DNA of 64,000 bases from Antechinus flavipes (taxonomy: Eukaryota). A model generated the notes under the pieces. The model had not been told where the DNA came from, did no database searches, and saw only the letters and a program-made list of their open reading frames with translations. Where the stretch lies: NCBI RefSeq assembly GCF_016432865.1, contig NC_067400.1, forward strand, positions 61,070,001-61,134,000, in the 5' to 3' direction. Shown here piece after piece: positions 11,196-23,045 of this stretch; position 1 is the first letter of the stretch, and every line of letters starts with the position of its first letter. Both the position numbers and the translations under genes were made by a program.

Positions 11196-11689
11196 AAGAA
11201 AATACAAGTAGAAATGAAGGTTTAGGAGGCAGATATTCTAAAAAAAAAAGTACTCCAAAGAAATCTAGCTTGTCCATTTTTAGTATGGGTAATTATTGAA
11301 AAATTCAACCCCATTGAATGTCTTAACACATCAATGCCTCAAATCCAACAGTAGATACATTTCACTTGATCCAGATGATTTCCAACCTTCCTGCCTTCAT
11401 TGAGTCAAAACAAGGGTACTATTTCCTTCCCTTCCATAATCATATTATTGGATTTTCCCATTACTTCTGTAGATACAGAGCATTCAGTTTCAAGCAAAGT
11501 TAACTTAAATCACAGTTAATCTTTGGGCATGGTTGGGTTACTTATTAATCAGAAGGTCATTTGTTAATGAGACTCTAGCTGAGAAAATATTTCTCTTAGA
11601 AAAAGCTATATTTCATTGAAAAAGGAAGCTTATATGGAGCTTTACTGAAGCGTTTTGTTTTGTTTTGTTCTTGGGCATACTGATGGCCC

Positions 11690-11960
11690 AGAGTGAGATT
11701 CCAGGGTACTTAATTTGGGATGGACTTGTTTCATTTCCTGACTTTGTCACTGGCCAGCTATGTGACCTTGGTTAGTTATCCTTCACAGGATTGTAGGAAT
11801 TGGAAGAGACCCTAGAGATCATTTAACCACCTTCTTTTTTGGCAAATTAGGACATCAAGATTTAGAAAATTTCACAGGTTCATAATCCTTCCTCCATCCT
11901 ACTTGTCCTCTCTGGGACTCATTTCTCTTATCCTTACAATGAGAGGTAGAATAGATAATT
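11690..11960 (+). mobile_element. MIR with an opposite-strand MIR3 fragment nested inside
   Basis: Sense ggccagctatgtgaccttgg...tctctgggactcatttctc is interrupted by ggaattggaagagaccctagagatcattta. Confidence 0.5.
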
Positions 11961-12404
11961 AGTCAGATGGGAAAGGACACTCGAATGAAATACTGTTACA
12001 GCAATCCTGAAATGACTATTACAAGTATTTGTTCTCTTTTTCCACCCCTTCATCATATGATTTAAAGAGGAAAAAAGTAGAATTTCCTATTATTACTTAG
12101 AGGATGATAGAATTAGAACTCAAGGGGACTCTATATACATCTTCCCCCCACCCTCCCTATTAGGTCCAGAAATGTTTTGTGATTTGTCCATGATCATGCA
12201 TATAGTATTTCTTCTTATGGAATATTTACTCCATTTTTTATGGTTTGTCATAAGCAAAGGTCATTGCTAACACATGTGCAAATGATGCAGCTGCTTGAGT
12301 GACATATAGAAGGTGGCAAGAGTGAAACCTGGAAATGGACTTAAGCTCAACCACATTATTCCCTTCTCCCATTATCCCAGCACCTCTCACTCTTCCATTG
12401 GACT

Positions 12405-12605
12405 CAGAGGATAGACAGCTAACAAAAGTGCAAAAAGTATTGGTCTGAATTTTGGATCTGATGCTTACTAGTTATGTGATCATGGGCATATGACTTCATT
12501 TTTGTACCTCAGTTTCCTTATTTGTAAAATTGCTTTCTTCTTATCCTTATCCCACTAGAAAAAAAATTACATTAAAAATTTAGAGCATTATATAAATGTG
12601 ATTTT
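12405..12605 (+). mobile_element. CORE-SINE (MIR-type)
   Basis: gcttactagttatgtgatcatgggc...cctcagtttccttatttgtaaaat...gcattatataaatgtg. Confidence 0.65.
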
Positions 12606-12987
12606 AAAAAATATTCTTAATAGTACATAGCGTGAAGATGAAATAATTTTAATGATTTAGTCCTTCCCCAGCTGAGCCAATGTGGTCTGTGTGCAAGGTA
12701 ACTTGGCACTGACTCTGTGAGGAAAGTGGTTTATGTCATCTATAGTCTGTTATCTTCTAGGACTGAAAAGGAGGGATTGATTCACAAGATGCCTCAAAGT
12801 TTCTTAAATCCAGTCCTTTGCTTTCTTTTCGTGTGCCTGAACAGAAGAGGATGGATAAAGACATCCTAGATTAGGAAGGCAGGAATTGAGGACATTCACA
12901 ATCTTTGTGCAAAAAAAAAAATACATTAAGGCTCTGGATCAATACTGATAGAAGGAAATATGTTGCTTTTATAAAAAATATCTGATT

Positions 12988-12991
<4 letters not shown>

Positions 12992-13039
<48 letters not shown>

Positions 13040-13046
13040 TGTGTGT
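12992..13046. repeat. (TG)n microsatellite
   Basis: About 20 uninterrupted TG units plus a short interrupted extension. Confidence 0.97.
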
Positions 13047-13529
13047 AGGGGGAGATAGAGAAAGAGTGTACCCTGGGAACTTATAGAAGGTATAAAACTC
13101 AGACTGATAAGCTTCAAGATATGTGCTTTTAGCCACTCTTTGTGAAACTTGGCTTTGTTTGGATTCTGAGAGAATTTCAATGCCCCAGTTTTACCCTTAT
13201 GTAAATAGCATTTTGTATTTTTTCACAGGGGTCTCCTATGAAATTTAAACACATTTATGTCAGTCAGGGGCAAAGACAAATACAACTGTGTAACTCTTAA
13301 GGCTATAGGCATCCTCATCCTGTTAGAGAAGGTTCCTGAGCAATTATATTTATTTGACTCTACCTTAGCAGGGAGGGATGATAGATTGTCCTTGGGCTTT
13401 GCTAAATAATAGGGTTATGGACTTTGAAGGATGTCTCCAGTCAGCAAAAGAGTATCATTCCACACTGCTATGGGCAGGGCAGACTAGCTAAATACCTTTT
13501 CTGAGTCCTTAAATGTTGATCATGAAATT

Positions 13530-13880
13530 CATAGAACTTTAAAGAGAGAACTCGATTTGAGAGCTGGATTTAGACTCAGAATTGTGCTCTTTTTTAACTC
13601 GTATGGAATAAGGAAAACCCCTCTCCTCTCTGGGCTTAACTTTCCTCAGCTTATACAAGACTCTTGTAATTCTGGAACTCATGATCTAAATAAAAAGATA
13701 CATTTCCAAGAATTCCAAAACCTAGACTTGAAGTTCAAACTCCTCAAACTTTAGTTGTGGGACTCTAAACAAGTTACTTATTCTTGATCAATCTTACTTT
13801 CCTCATTTTTAAAATTAGGGGAGGGTTGACTTCTTAGCTTCAAAGGTGCCTTCCAATTATAAATCTATCATCCTATGACC
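13530..13880 (+). mobile_element. MIR3-like fragments
   Basis: cctctctgggcttaactttcctcagctt and cttactttcctcatttttaaaattagggagggttgac...tcaaaggtgccttccaattataaatctatcatcctatga. Confidence 0.5.
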
Positions 13881-14174
13881 ATTCACCTGAAATGTATGCT
13901 GAAATAATTTTTCAAGAAAAGATAGGGTTATCAATACTCACCGAAGCATTTTACCTCTTTTCTAATAGTTTAAATTTTTTTTTCTATATCATAAGGGAAT
14001 TTTAAAAAGTTAGAAGATAACTAATTGCATATAGTTTTGTTGGATAGTAATATTATTATATTGCCTAGTTCCTATAATGAAGTGATTCCTGTAATATGAC
14101 ATATTTTATCACAAGGAGGAATTCCCTGCAAAAGTGATTTTCTGTAATCATTTATGTAATCAATATATCATTAA

Positions 14175-14360
14175 AGGAGCACAGAGGAATAGTGAGAAGG
14201 TCACTGACCTTGGAATTAGATGATTTGGGTCAAAATTGCAACTGCCCAAATCTCTTGACTGTGCAGATCACTTAAATTTTCTGGGTCTCACTTTACCCTC
14301 TGTAAGGAGAGTTGGATTATATGGCCTCTAACTTCCCTTCCAATTCAACATTCATGATCC
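14175..14360 (+). mobile_element. MIR3 (Ther-2) SINE
   Basis: Head, CORE and L3-type tail gttggattatatggcctctaacttcccttccaattcaacattcatgat. Confidence 0.7.
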
Positions 14361-14366
14361 AATGAA

Positions 14367-14555
14367 TAGTGGTTTCTAACCTTTCCAATTATTAGGACTC
14401 TTTAAAAAAAATGTTTTATGTATTCCAAAATCATTTATTTTTAATACAACCAAATGAAAAAATATGTGAGGATGAGAAGCTAGTCTGAATTAAATCATAC
14501 TTTATAAAAAAGCTGTATTAGTCCCTACAGAATTCACAAACATTTGAAAAATATG
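14367..14555. mobile_element. Possible hAT-Charlie MITE
   Basis: Begins tagtggtttctaacctt (resembles the CAGTGGTTTCTAAC TIR). Degenerate end cacaaacatttgaaaaatatg. Confidence 0.35.
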
Positions 14556-17214
14556 AAAGATATATGAGTAAGACTTTTTATTCAGATTATGGCTAGTGTA
14601 AATTGGATTAAATAGAGTAAGAAATGCCTTCTAATTGTGAGGTTTGTGGGTTTTTTGTGGTTTTGGCCTTCTCTCTCAACTTGATAGCTAGATAGGAGAG
14701 AATGGTGTTAATGTTTTCTACTAAGACAGCAGAGGAAGAGACCATTCATTTTTTAAGATGATGGGCATTTCTCTAACTGTACCATAGTGTGAATTTATTG
14801 AACATTTCCTTCTCTATACCTTTTGGGCTAAATAAAGAAAGACATGACCACTCCAAAAAAGGATTGTAGACGCTGAAAGCCCTTCTCTCCCTCTCCAAGA
14901 AACTTGGAAGAAGCTTAGAGGGATTTTGAGATCCAGTTCATTCTTTCATGTTCTTCCCCTCTCCCTCTGTCCCATTTTCATCTCTCTTCAAGAGTGTTAC
15001 CAGTTGAAGCTCATTTATTGGAGTTAAACCTCCCCTCTGTAAAAATGCTTTTTGTAAACTCAGTATTTTCTTCGAACCTTAACATTCATTGAAGATCCTC
15101 AAGGATTTGTATTTATTTTGGGAATTAATTTCTTATCAATTGTTTCTGAAGAATCCTAGAATGGGACTATATTCGGGGAGGTCAAGATGTTTTTTTTTAC
15201 CAGTTTGTAATGTGTCTTTAAGCAAGGACTCCAAATTACAAAGTGCTTCTGCTATATAGACATGATCCTATGTAGACTTACTGTCATCTGAGTATTCTCT
15301 TTATTCAATACCTCTGTGTAAAGCTATTGTACCAAATTACACTTTTCTTGATTACACCTTTTTTGTTTTTTCATGGATCTAAAGAGAGAAAGACAGATCT
15401 TTAAACAGCAATGTTTCTATGCACCTGAGTTTCCAAAATTAAAAAAAAAAAACCTGTCTCAATAAACCTCAACATTATTACCTTTTTAGGATTCGAATGT
15501 TGCTTTTTGAATGTATAGATGAGCTATCTAATAATCTCATAAATATAGCTATTATGCTGTTGAAAATCTCTGCTTTTTTGGAGAGAGATGTGGTTTGAAA
15601 CCACTTAAAAGGAATTAGAGATATCAAATGGGCATTGATTTTGGGTTATGATATCATTACATACATCCTAGGCAATAAAGCATTTGAAAAAAGATAAATG
15701 AGAATTATCAATGGCAAAAATCATATTATAAGTAAGCATTATTTGTTAGCTTTCATACAATCAATTAATGAAATGAGCCTCCAAAGTGGATACAGCAATC
15801 ATTAGCACTTGTGTGTGAGAAAGCTTCTCCTCTTGATTTATGCCATTCAAGGTTATAGAAACAAAGTCTTTCCATTCTAAAATCAATTAATTGTTTAAGT
15901 TTGTTTAAATAAGGTTCCTACTAGTGGGCTCTATTACATGTTTCAGCTGCCCACAAGCACTGATAAAAGGCTGATCTTTTTAAAGCTTGACAGGAACTAT
16001 CATTCCTCTTTCTGTCACTAAGGTTTTATTTCCCCCCACTATCCAGGTGAGATATTACTTTTAAAAATCTAATGAAAAGTCATCTTTTGAAAGATGCTGT
16101 TTGTTGCAATAATCATTCATATAACTAGTCCCTCATATTTTCCATTTTTTAGAATAATGCCTTCAAAGGTTTACTGACTGAGAAAGGGAATGACTTAATT
16201 GACTAAATATCAGGTTTGAAATACCTACATGTATTGGAACCACAGGTTCAGGTCCCAGTAGTGTTTGCTAGCTTTCCTTCCTTCTGGGCCATGGATGATC
16301 ATATAATCAGGTGCTGAATGACCTTAAAAATCATTGGATCATGGTTGGAAAGGTCTGACACTTTTAAATTGAGTCATCTTGATATCTTGTGCCAAAATTC
16401 CACATGGGTACTTCATGGTCCATTATTTCACCGCTGGATTTTAATTTAGAGAGTTGAACTGTAGCTAGCTAGTTCTAGAATATAAATTTTAAACATTCTT
16501 CTCTTTGTATAACTGTTTCTTCCATATTGTTATGAGTTGAACATTTAATTTCCAAGGATGAGGTCCAAGACAATAATATCCTTGGCTACTCTTTCCTTAT
16601 CTTTTGATTTTAGTTAATTAATGAAATTTACATGGTAGTTTAAGGTTTGCCTACATTTTCTCATTTGTTCTTCCCAACAACCTTGGAAGGTAGTGGCTAT
16701 TTTTTTTTTTTAACAGAGGGATGAAAATACTTGTTCAGGATCACACAATTAAGGGTGACATTAGGTGATGTTAGGTCTTAGGTTATCCCAATCCTAGTTC
16801 TAGTACTTCTCCAAGTTAACAAGCTCACTATCAGCTGGATTATCTGGGTTATCTAGGCTCAGGTTAGAAAATCTTCATTGTTGGGGGAATGGCAGTGAAG
16901 GAAAAAAAAACTATTTGAGAGATGTTGTCCTTAGAGAATTTAGGGAAAGTGGCAGAATGGGAGGGTTAGCTAAGAGTTGGATTTCCTCTGTCACAACACA
17001 CCTTCTTCCTGTGCTCCACCTCTTAGAAACATGAAAACTAAATCAAAACAAACAAAAAAAAAACCACTGCTTACACCGAGAACTTCAAAGGTATTTGCTC
17101 TACTCCCAAATGCTTTTTTAGCAAAGCTTCTAGTTCAAGATTTTGAACTAGAGAAAAATTAATTTGTAAAGATATGTTAACGTGTGTCTGGATATGGATA
17201 GTTTATAGTTTAAA

Positions 17215-17365
17215 AGGCTTTAAAATGATTGTGTGTGCTAAGATACCCCAAAGATCATCTCTCTTAGCCCCAAATTCTATAGATGAATAGATGGAAGCCC
17301 AGAGTTAGAGGCTTGCTCAATATCACACTGGTGGCAGATGGTAGAACTGGACTTTGAAATGACAC
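17215..17365 (-). mobile_element. MIR3-like SINE
   Basis: aaagatcatctctcttagcccc...atagatg...gcccagag...ggcagatggtagaactggactttgaa is antisense. Confidence 0.5.
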
Positions 17366-17564
17366 AGTGATAAGCGTCACCTTTTTGTTTTTTACAATAC
17401 CCAACGCAGTATTTCACATTTTAAGATATTCTTGTTTGTGTGAGTACCCTCATTGCTCAGATATGGGAAACTTGGTATGCTCCATTGTTTTAGTTATGTC
17501 CAATTCTTTGTTATCTCAAAGTGGAAGACTGGATACATTCAATGTTTTAGAGACCTATTTTTTT

Positions 17565-17900
17565 TTCCTTCCTTCTTTCTTGCTTTGCTTCCATCCTTTG
17601 TCTTTTTTTTTTTTTTTACTTCTCCCTTCCTTCCTTCTTTTCCTCCTGCCTTCTTTTCTCTCGTCTTTCCTCCCCTTTTCCTCATTTGCTTCCTTCCTTC
17701 CTTTCTTTCTTCCCCTCCTGTTTTTCTTCTTTCTTTTCTTTCATTTATCATTTAGCTATACCTTTATTTAATATCTCATTTATTCACCTATTTTGTATAT
17801 ATTTGTTTATTCACTCATTTATTCATTTATTTACTTATTTTAACATTTATTTGTTCATTTATCTTTCTACAATATCTACTTAACTACTTATTTGTTTATT
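17565..17900. repeat. (CTTC/CTTT)n pyrimidine tract followed by degenerate (ATTT/ATTC)n
   Basis: Low-complexity sequence seen directly. It explains ORFs 17367-17883. Confidence 0.9.
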
Positions 17901-18009
17901 TAACATTTAGTAGTTGTCCCTGTAGCACTTGTGCTACCCATAGATCATTTAAGAAGATGAAATCTAATGAAAATTGAAGTTAAGTCTTATGGTTGGACTT
18001 TACAGGCAA

Positions 18010-18770
18010 AATGGCATTACGAAGAGACAGTTGAGTTTCAAATCAGAAAGATTTGGTTTCCAGTACTGCCTCTGACAAATTATGACTGTGTGGCCCTCAG
18101 GTTTTAGTTGACCACAAATATAATATGGGTTACCTGTGTCCTAAACCTGTTAAAAAATAAACAAACAAACAAGTAGAATCTTAGGCTATATTAATAGAAG
18201 TAAAATGTTTTAGATAAAAGGAAAACAGTATTACTAAAATGTTCTAGATGAAAGGAAAACAGTATTACTAAACTTTTCTGTGACTGGCATAGACAGATGA
18301 GCACAGGCTTAAGAGTTGAAGGGCCTGGGATCATATCTTGACTTTCTACTTGCTGTGTTGCTTGGAAAAGTCATTTTATGTCTCTAGATTGCAGTTTCCT
18401 CATATCTAAAATGAAACAGTTGGATTAGGTGATTTCATAATTCTTATCCTGTGACCATATTTAGAAAATGCATTATCATTCTGTCTAATTCTGGATGACA
18501 CATTTAAAAAGACATTGACAAACCTGTCATTTTCTAGAGATCTGGAAATCATGGCCCCAGAATGTTTCAGGGACCTGGGAGTGTTTGCCCTTGAGTGGAA
18601 AAGGCTTAGGGGAGTGACATGATAGCTTGTTTCATATACTTGAAGGGCTGTCATGATTAAATTTATTTATGTCATCAAAAAGAGCAGGATTAGTATCAGT
18701 GAACATAAGTTTTACTGAATAAAATTCTAACTTTAACAATTAACTATAGATGGGTGGAAAAAGCAATGTA
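18010..18770 (+). mobile_element. L3/CR1 LINE RT-region fragments interleaved with MIR pieces
   Basis: gaatcttaggctatattaatagaag and ggagtgtttgccc...aggcttaggggagtgacatgatagc...ttgaagggctgtcatg match recalled L3 3' ORF2 sequence. MIR pieces at about 18010-18100 and 18300-18460. Confidence 0.7.
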
Positions 18771-20733
18771 GGACAAAGCAAAAAAAAAAAAAATCTCCTC
18801 AGGTAAATACTCCCTTTACAGGGATCTTGGTTTGCAGTCTTGATGAGGAGAGGGGAATAGGGGAAGTTGGCCAGTAAGAATACACCTCATGGAGGTCTAC
18901 TTGGCTTTCTCCATCTAACCCTGGAAATAGCCGCTTCAGTTGAAGATATATCTCCAGTGAATCCAGATATCTTTTCTTTAAGAACAATGTGGACTGCCCT
19001 ACAGCAAAGCTCCCAGAAAGTCTCAAAATGACAGACAGAAATTTGGGATGTTGTTCTTAACTTTGATCTGCCTCTGATCTCTAACTTTCTCTAGTTTTTA
19101 ACACAGCTCATAAATTGCCCCTGTGCCTATTCCCATTCTTATCTTTCCACAGATTTTTATGAGCTTTCTTACCCAATCCTGGTCTTTATTCCTAAGCTTG
19201 GATTTCTCTCTTGTCTTTCTGATCAACCTTTGGCTCATCTTTTTGCTCTAATTAGTTTGGACTTGTCATATTTGCATTTAGTCCTCAATAACAATTAGTA
19301 ATAAATACTATAGTTCTTCTTCCATATAGAGATAGCCCCATGTTGAATAGAGTTGTCTTTGGCCATTTCTTGAGACATGCAATTGAGTTAATAGCAAAAA
19401 ACAAAGATTATTAATGAATTAGGTCTTTATTCTGAAGGAACTTAGAGACTTAACTTTTCAACTTCTGCCTTTCATTGGAAATATTGAAACAAGGTGGAAA
19501 CTTTCAGTGTTGAAGAGGATCCCTTCCAACTCTGACATCTGATGATAAACTTTTCCCATAATTATATTTGAAGCTATTCATTACTCTATGGATAACATTA
19601 TTCTGAACACTAAAAATTTTGGTGCAATTTTAAAACTATTAAAGCTTAAAGCTACACTAAATCTTTTGGTACTCTCTGTATGAAAGAATCTCATGACACA
19701 AGATCTTATATGGTGGTTTCCAAATGATAAGTATCTTTTTAATGGTTGAATCTGCCTATCTTCCATAAATGTTCTTCAGTATTATATAACATATTCCATA
19801 ATACTTGATGATTTCTGTGGGAAAGTGGTCAGAATGGATGACAGCAAAATTGATGTTGGAAAATATGATTAGGGATCCAGAAATAAAAGTGGACCTACTA
19901 ATATGTTATGTGTATTTCCTTCAGGAATAGAGTAAGTGCTAGATTTGGCCAACTGTGAAGAAAGGAGAAGATGAAATGAACTGTGTCTTAATGAAAAAGA
20001 AATGATTGGTTGCTTTCATAGCAGTTATTTCAGAATAATTCATTTGTGGGCACTTGATCCATTGATTGGTAAGAGTTAAAGTCAAAGTAAATAATAAATT
20101 AGGAGAAAAATATACATGGGAACTCATTGTAGGCGATTATCACCAGCATAGTTGGAACAAGCTTTTGACTCTGAAAACTGTGATTACAGAAAAGACTTTA
20201 TATAGCCATGAAATAAAAATTAAGTCTGAGGAGAGGTTGGCCTGAGATGCAGGACCAAGTTCACTTGGTCTACCCCAAAACAATAATATTTGTAATAAGA
20301 TGGAAGAACTAAACATGCAGGAAACAGAATAGATTGTCTATGGTGATCTCTTTTCATTGGCAATAATCCTGAATAATCACATTTGAACTCTGTTACCTAG
20401 TTAAGTGGTGAGGACATTTCAGAAGATAAAGTTTGATTGAAGAGGTGGACCTTCCCCATGCTGTCCATGACATCCTTGTAAGGGCACTCAGGGAGATTTC
20501 CAAAGAAATCGAACAGATTATAGGCCATGCTGTTATCTAGAAAAAGGATAAAGGAAATGACCAAAAAGACTTAAGCTTTTTAAAATATTTATGAGAATGG
20601 CAGATGCACATGTAATGAAAACATAAGAACATGTAAGTTCTCATAAGTGATATTTAGATTTTGGGTTTAAAGTAGATCTATGCCTTTGTGGTCACATAGC
20701 TGATAGAGAGAATGATTCCTGTGGATTTACTGA

Positions 20734-20880
20734 TTTTTTTTTTGCTGAGGCAATTGAAGTTGTGACTTGCCCAGGATCACACAGCTAGGAAGTGTTAAAT
20801 GTCTGAGATCAGATTTGAACTCACGTCCTCCTGACTTCAGGGCTGGTGCTCTATCCACTGCACCACCTATCTAGCTGCCT
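20734..20880 (-). mobile_element. WSINE1-like SINE, full length with poly(A) tail
   Basis: Reverse complement reads aggcagctagataggtggtgcagtggatagagcaccagccctgaagtcaggaggacgtgagttcaaatctgatctcagacatttaacacttcctagctgtgtgatcctgggcaagtcac...caattgcctcagc(A)10. A and B boxes are intact. Flanks gatttactgatt and gatttgctaatt look like a decayed TSD. Confidence 0.85.
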
Positions 20881-21414
20881 TGATTTGCTAATTAAAAAAA
20901 AAAAAAAAAACATTTGACTCAAAATAGAATCTAGATTTGAAGGATCCTCACAAAAAAAGATCTTTCCTTGGAATATGTTAAAATTATACAAACATTTTTC
21001 AGATGTAACTGTGGATATCTCTTTGTTGAATGATCTGTTGAGTACTGACATCAAGTTGAGATAAACGACAGAGGCATATTCTGATGGAAGGTTATCAATA
21101 AGTGTCTTTGGAATTTCCTGCAAAGTCCAAACCAAATAAAGTAATTGGATTGAGTTTTAGAATACTAGAATGCTTTCTTGATGAAATTTACCATATTGGG
21201 AAAGAGATGGATCAAATATTCACATTGGAAAAACAAAGAAGATGAAAAATCAACTAAAGAGTGGCCTTCAGAGCACATTTACAAGGTATCCACAGTAAAA
21301 TATGTTTCAGAGTGAATTCATAAGTTCAATTGTCACCTTTAGCATGAATCCTTTTCTGATTGGCCCCTTTAAATTTTTTTTTTGTATATTATATATGATT
21401 ATTTATGTAAATCC

Positions 21415-21720
21415 TGTCCGCTACAATAAAATATAACTCTTCTCTCTTTTTCTCTCTCTTCTTTTTGGATATACCCCAGAATTTGGCTTGGTATACAGTA
21501 GGTGCTTAATCCATGCTTATTGAATGATAATATAAGCTACTTGAGAATAGTTTGTATCATTATTTGTATTAGATACAAATGCCTCAGCATGATAAGAGCT
21601 TGTTGGCTGATTGATTTAAAGTCACACCATATTTGTTTATTTCTCTCTCTCTCTAACAATATTGTTCAGTTTGCTTGTTTAACTTATTCACCAGGCTCAG
21701 ATTTAAATGATTTTTTTATA
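21415..21720 (+). mobile_element. L2/MIR 3' tail fragments
   Basis: tatacagtaggtgcttaatccatgcttattgaatga and gcctcagcatgataagagcttgttggctgattgatt. Confidence 0.45.
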
Positions 21721-22986
21721 TTTCCCAAACTCAAATTTACTCCTACCTAGGCAGGGACGTTTTTTCCATCATTGGATCTATTCAAAAGAAGAGTGTCTCA
21801 AGTTCCAAAGGCAGTCCCAAAAGAGGAAATCCACCAAAGTTTAGCAACAACATTTTGAGTGATAAGCTTGATCTTCCCATGTAGCTGCTTTAAAGAGAAG
21901 TTACTTATGATGGCTTATCCTTATATCCTATGAGTAAGATAATTCATTTTAAAACATCTAATTTTCCTTTTGAAGCATACATCTTAGGTTTTTCATGTGT
22001 CTCCTTGAACTTTTGGAATTTGAGGCTCAGGATAGGTACTCTCAATAACTCTGTAAAATTGAAAGTACTACCATAAATGGAGATGAGTGAACTGAAAAGA
22101 GTTGAGGGATGATGCAATGACGTTTTATATTTCAAAAGCACAAAAATCAAAGATCCTTGAGGATACAACAATACTGGTAACTTATTCCTGTATTATTTTT
22201 TGTGTGAAAGATCTTTTTTCCTCCTTTGAGCATGTTAAAGAATTGTCAATGTATTCTGGACTAGGCAGGACATGACTGAAAATGTCTCTTGGGTAGTATC
22301 AATTGCATTCTATTTCACTGATATGTTAAGATGGCTTACTAGGCATTGGACCTTATATCACTTCTCTAGAAGGATTAGAGGATTGCCTAAAGTTCTTTCA
22401 TTATTTACTAGAAACCTTACATTTGCTAATGATACAATCAGCTGGCTTTTTCAGGGAAAAAAAGGAAACAAATTTGAAACTTATTCTTTCCTAAGGAAAA
22501 AAAAAAAGAGTAACTTGCCAGAATTCACAGAACTCAGATGATTAATTTTTTTTCTTTCTTGGCACTTAGCTAAACCCATGAGTTTATGCTGGCAAATAGA
22601 ATGAGTGCTGAAAGTTGAAGTCACTCTTTGATCTGGTAAATAAACCCGTAGAAAATTCAACTTCAATTACAGTATTTAAATTTATGACATATCCAGTGCT
22701 GTAACAGGGTGGTGATAAATGCTGGTTTCATACTAAAAAATGCTCTGTATTCATATGCTCATAATTCGGAAATCAATGGGCTGCTTATAAATTGACAAAG
22801 AAATGTGTTTGCATTTTTATAGTCTTAAAAAAAATACATCCAGTGATTCAACCAACTTTTTTAGGTACTTGATGTGTTCTATATACTGGGAGATGTACAC
22901 GAAGAGAAAAAAAATCAGTTAAGCAACTTAGGGTCTAGTGGGGGAGGATAAGACATTTCTATCTTCTAGACAGATGAAGATACCTG

Positions 22987-23045
22987 ATAGATAGATAAAT
23001 AGATAGCGAGAGAGAGACAGAAAGAGAGACAGATAGATAGGTGAA
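22987..23045. repeat. (GATA)n/(GA)n simple repeat
   Basis: gatagatagataaatagatagcgagagagagacagaaagagagacagatagatag. Confidence 0.85.

Noticed and set aside
22643-22652. AACCCGTAGA, identical to the first 10 nt of miR-99/100
   Set aside because: The match stops at 10 nt and there is no complementary arm for a hairpin.
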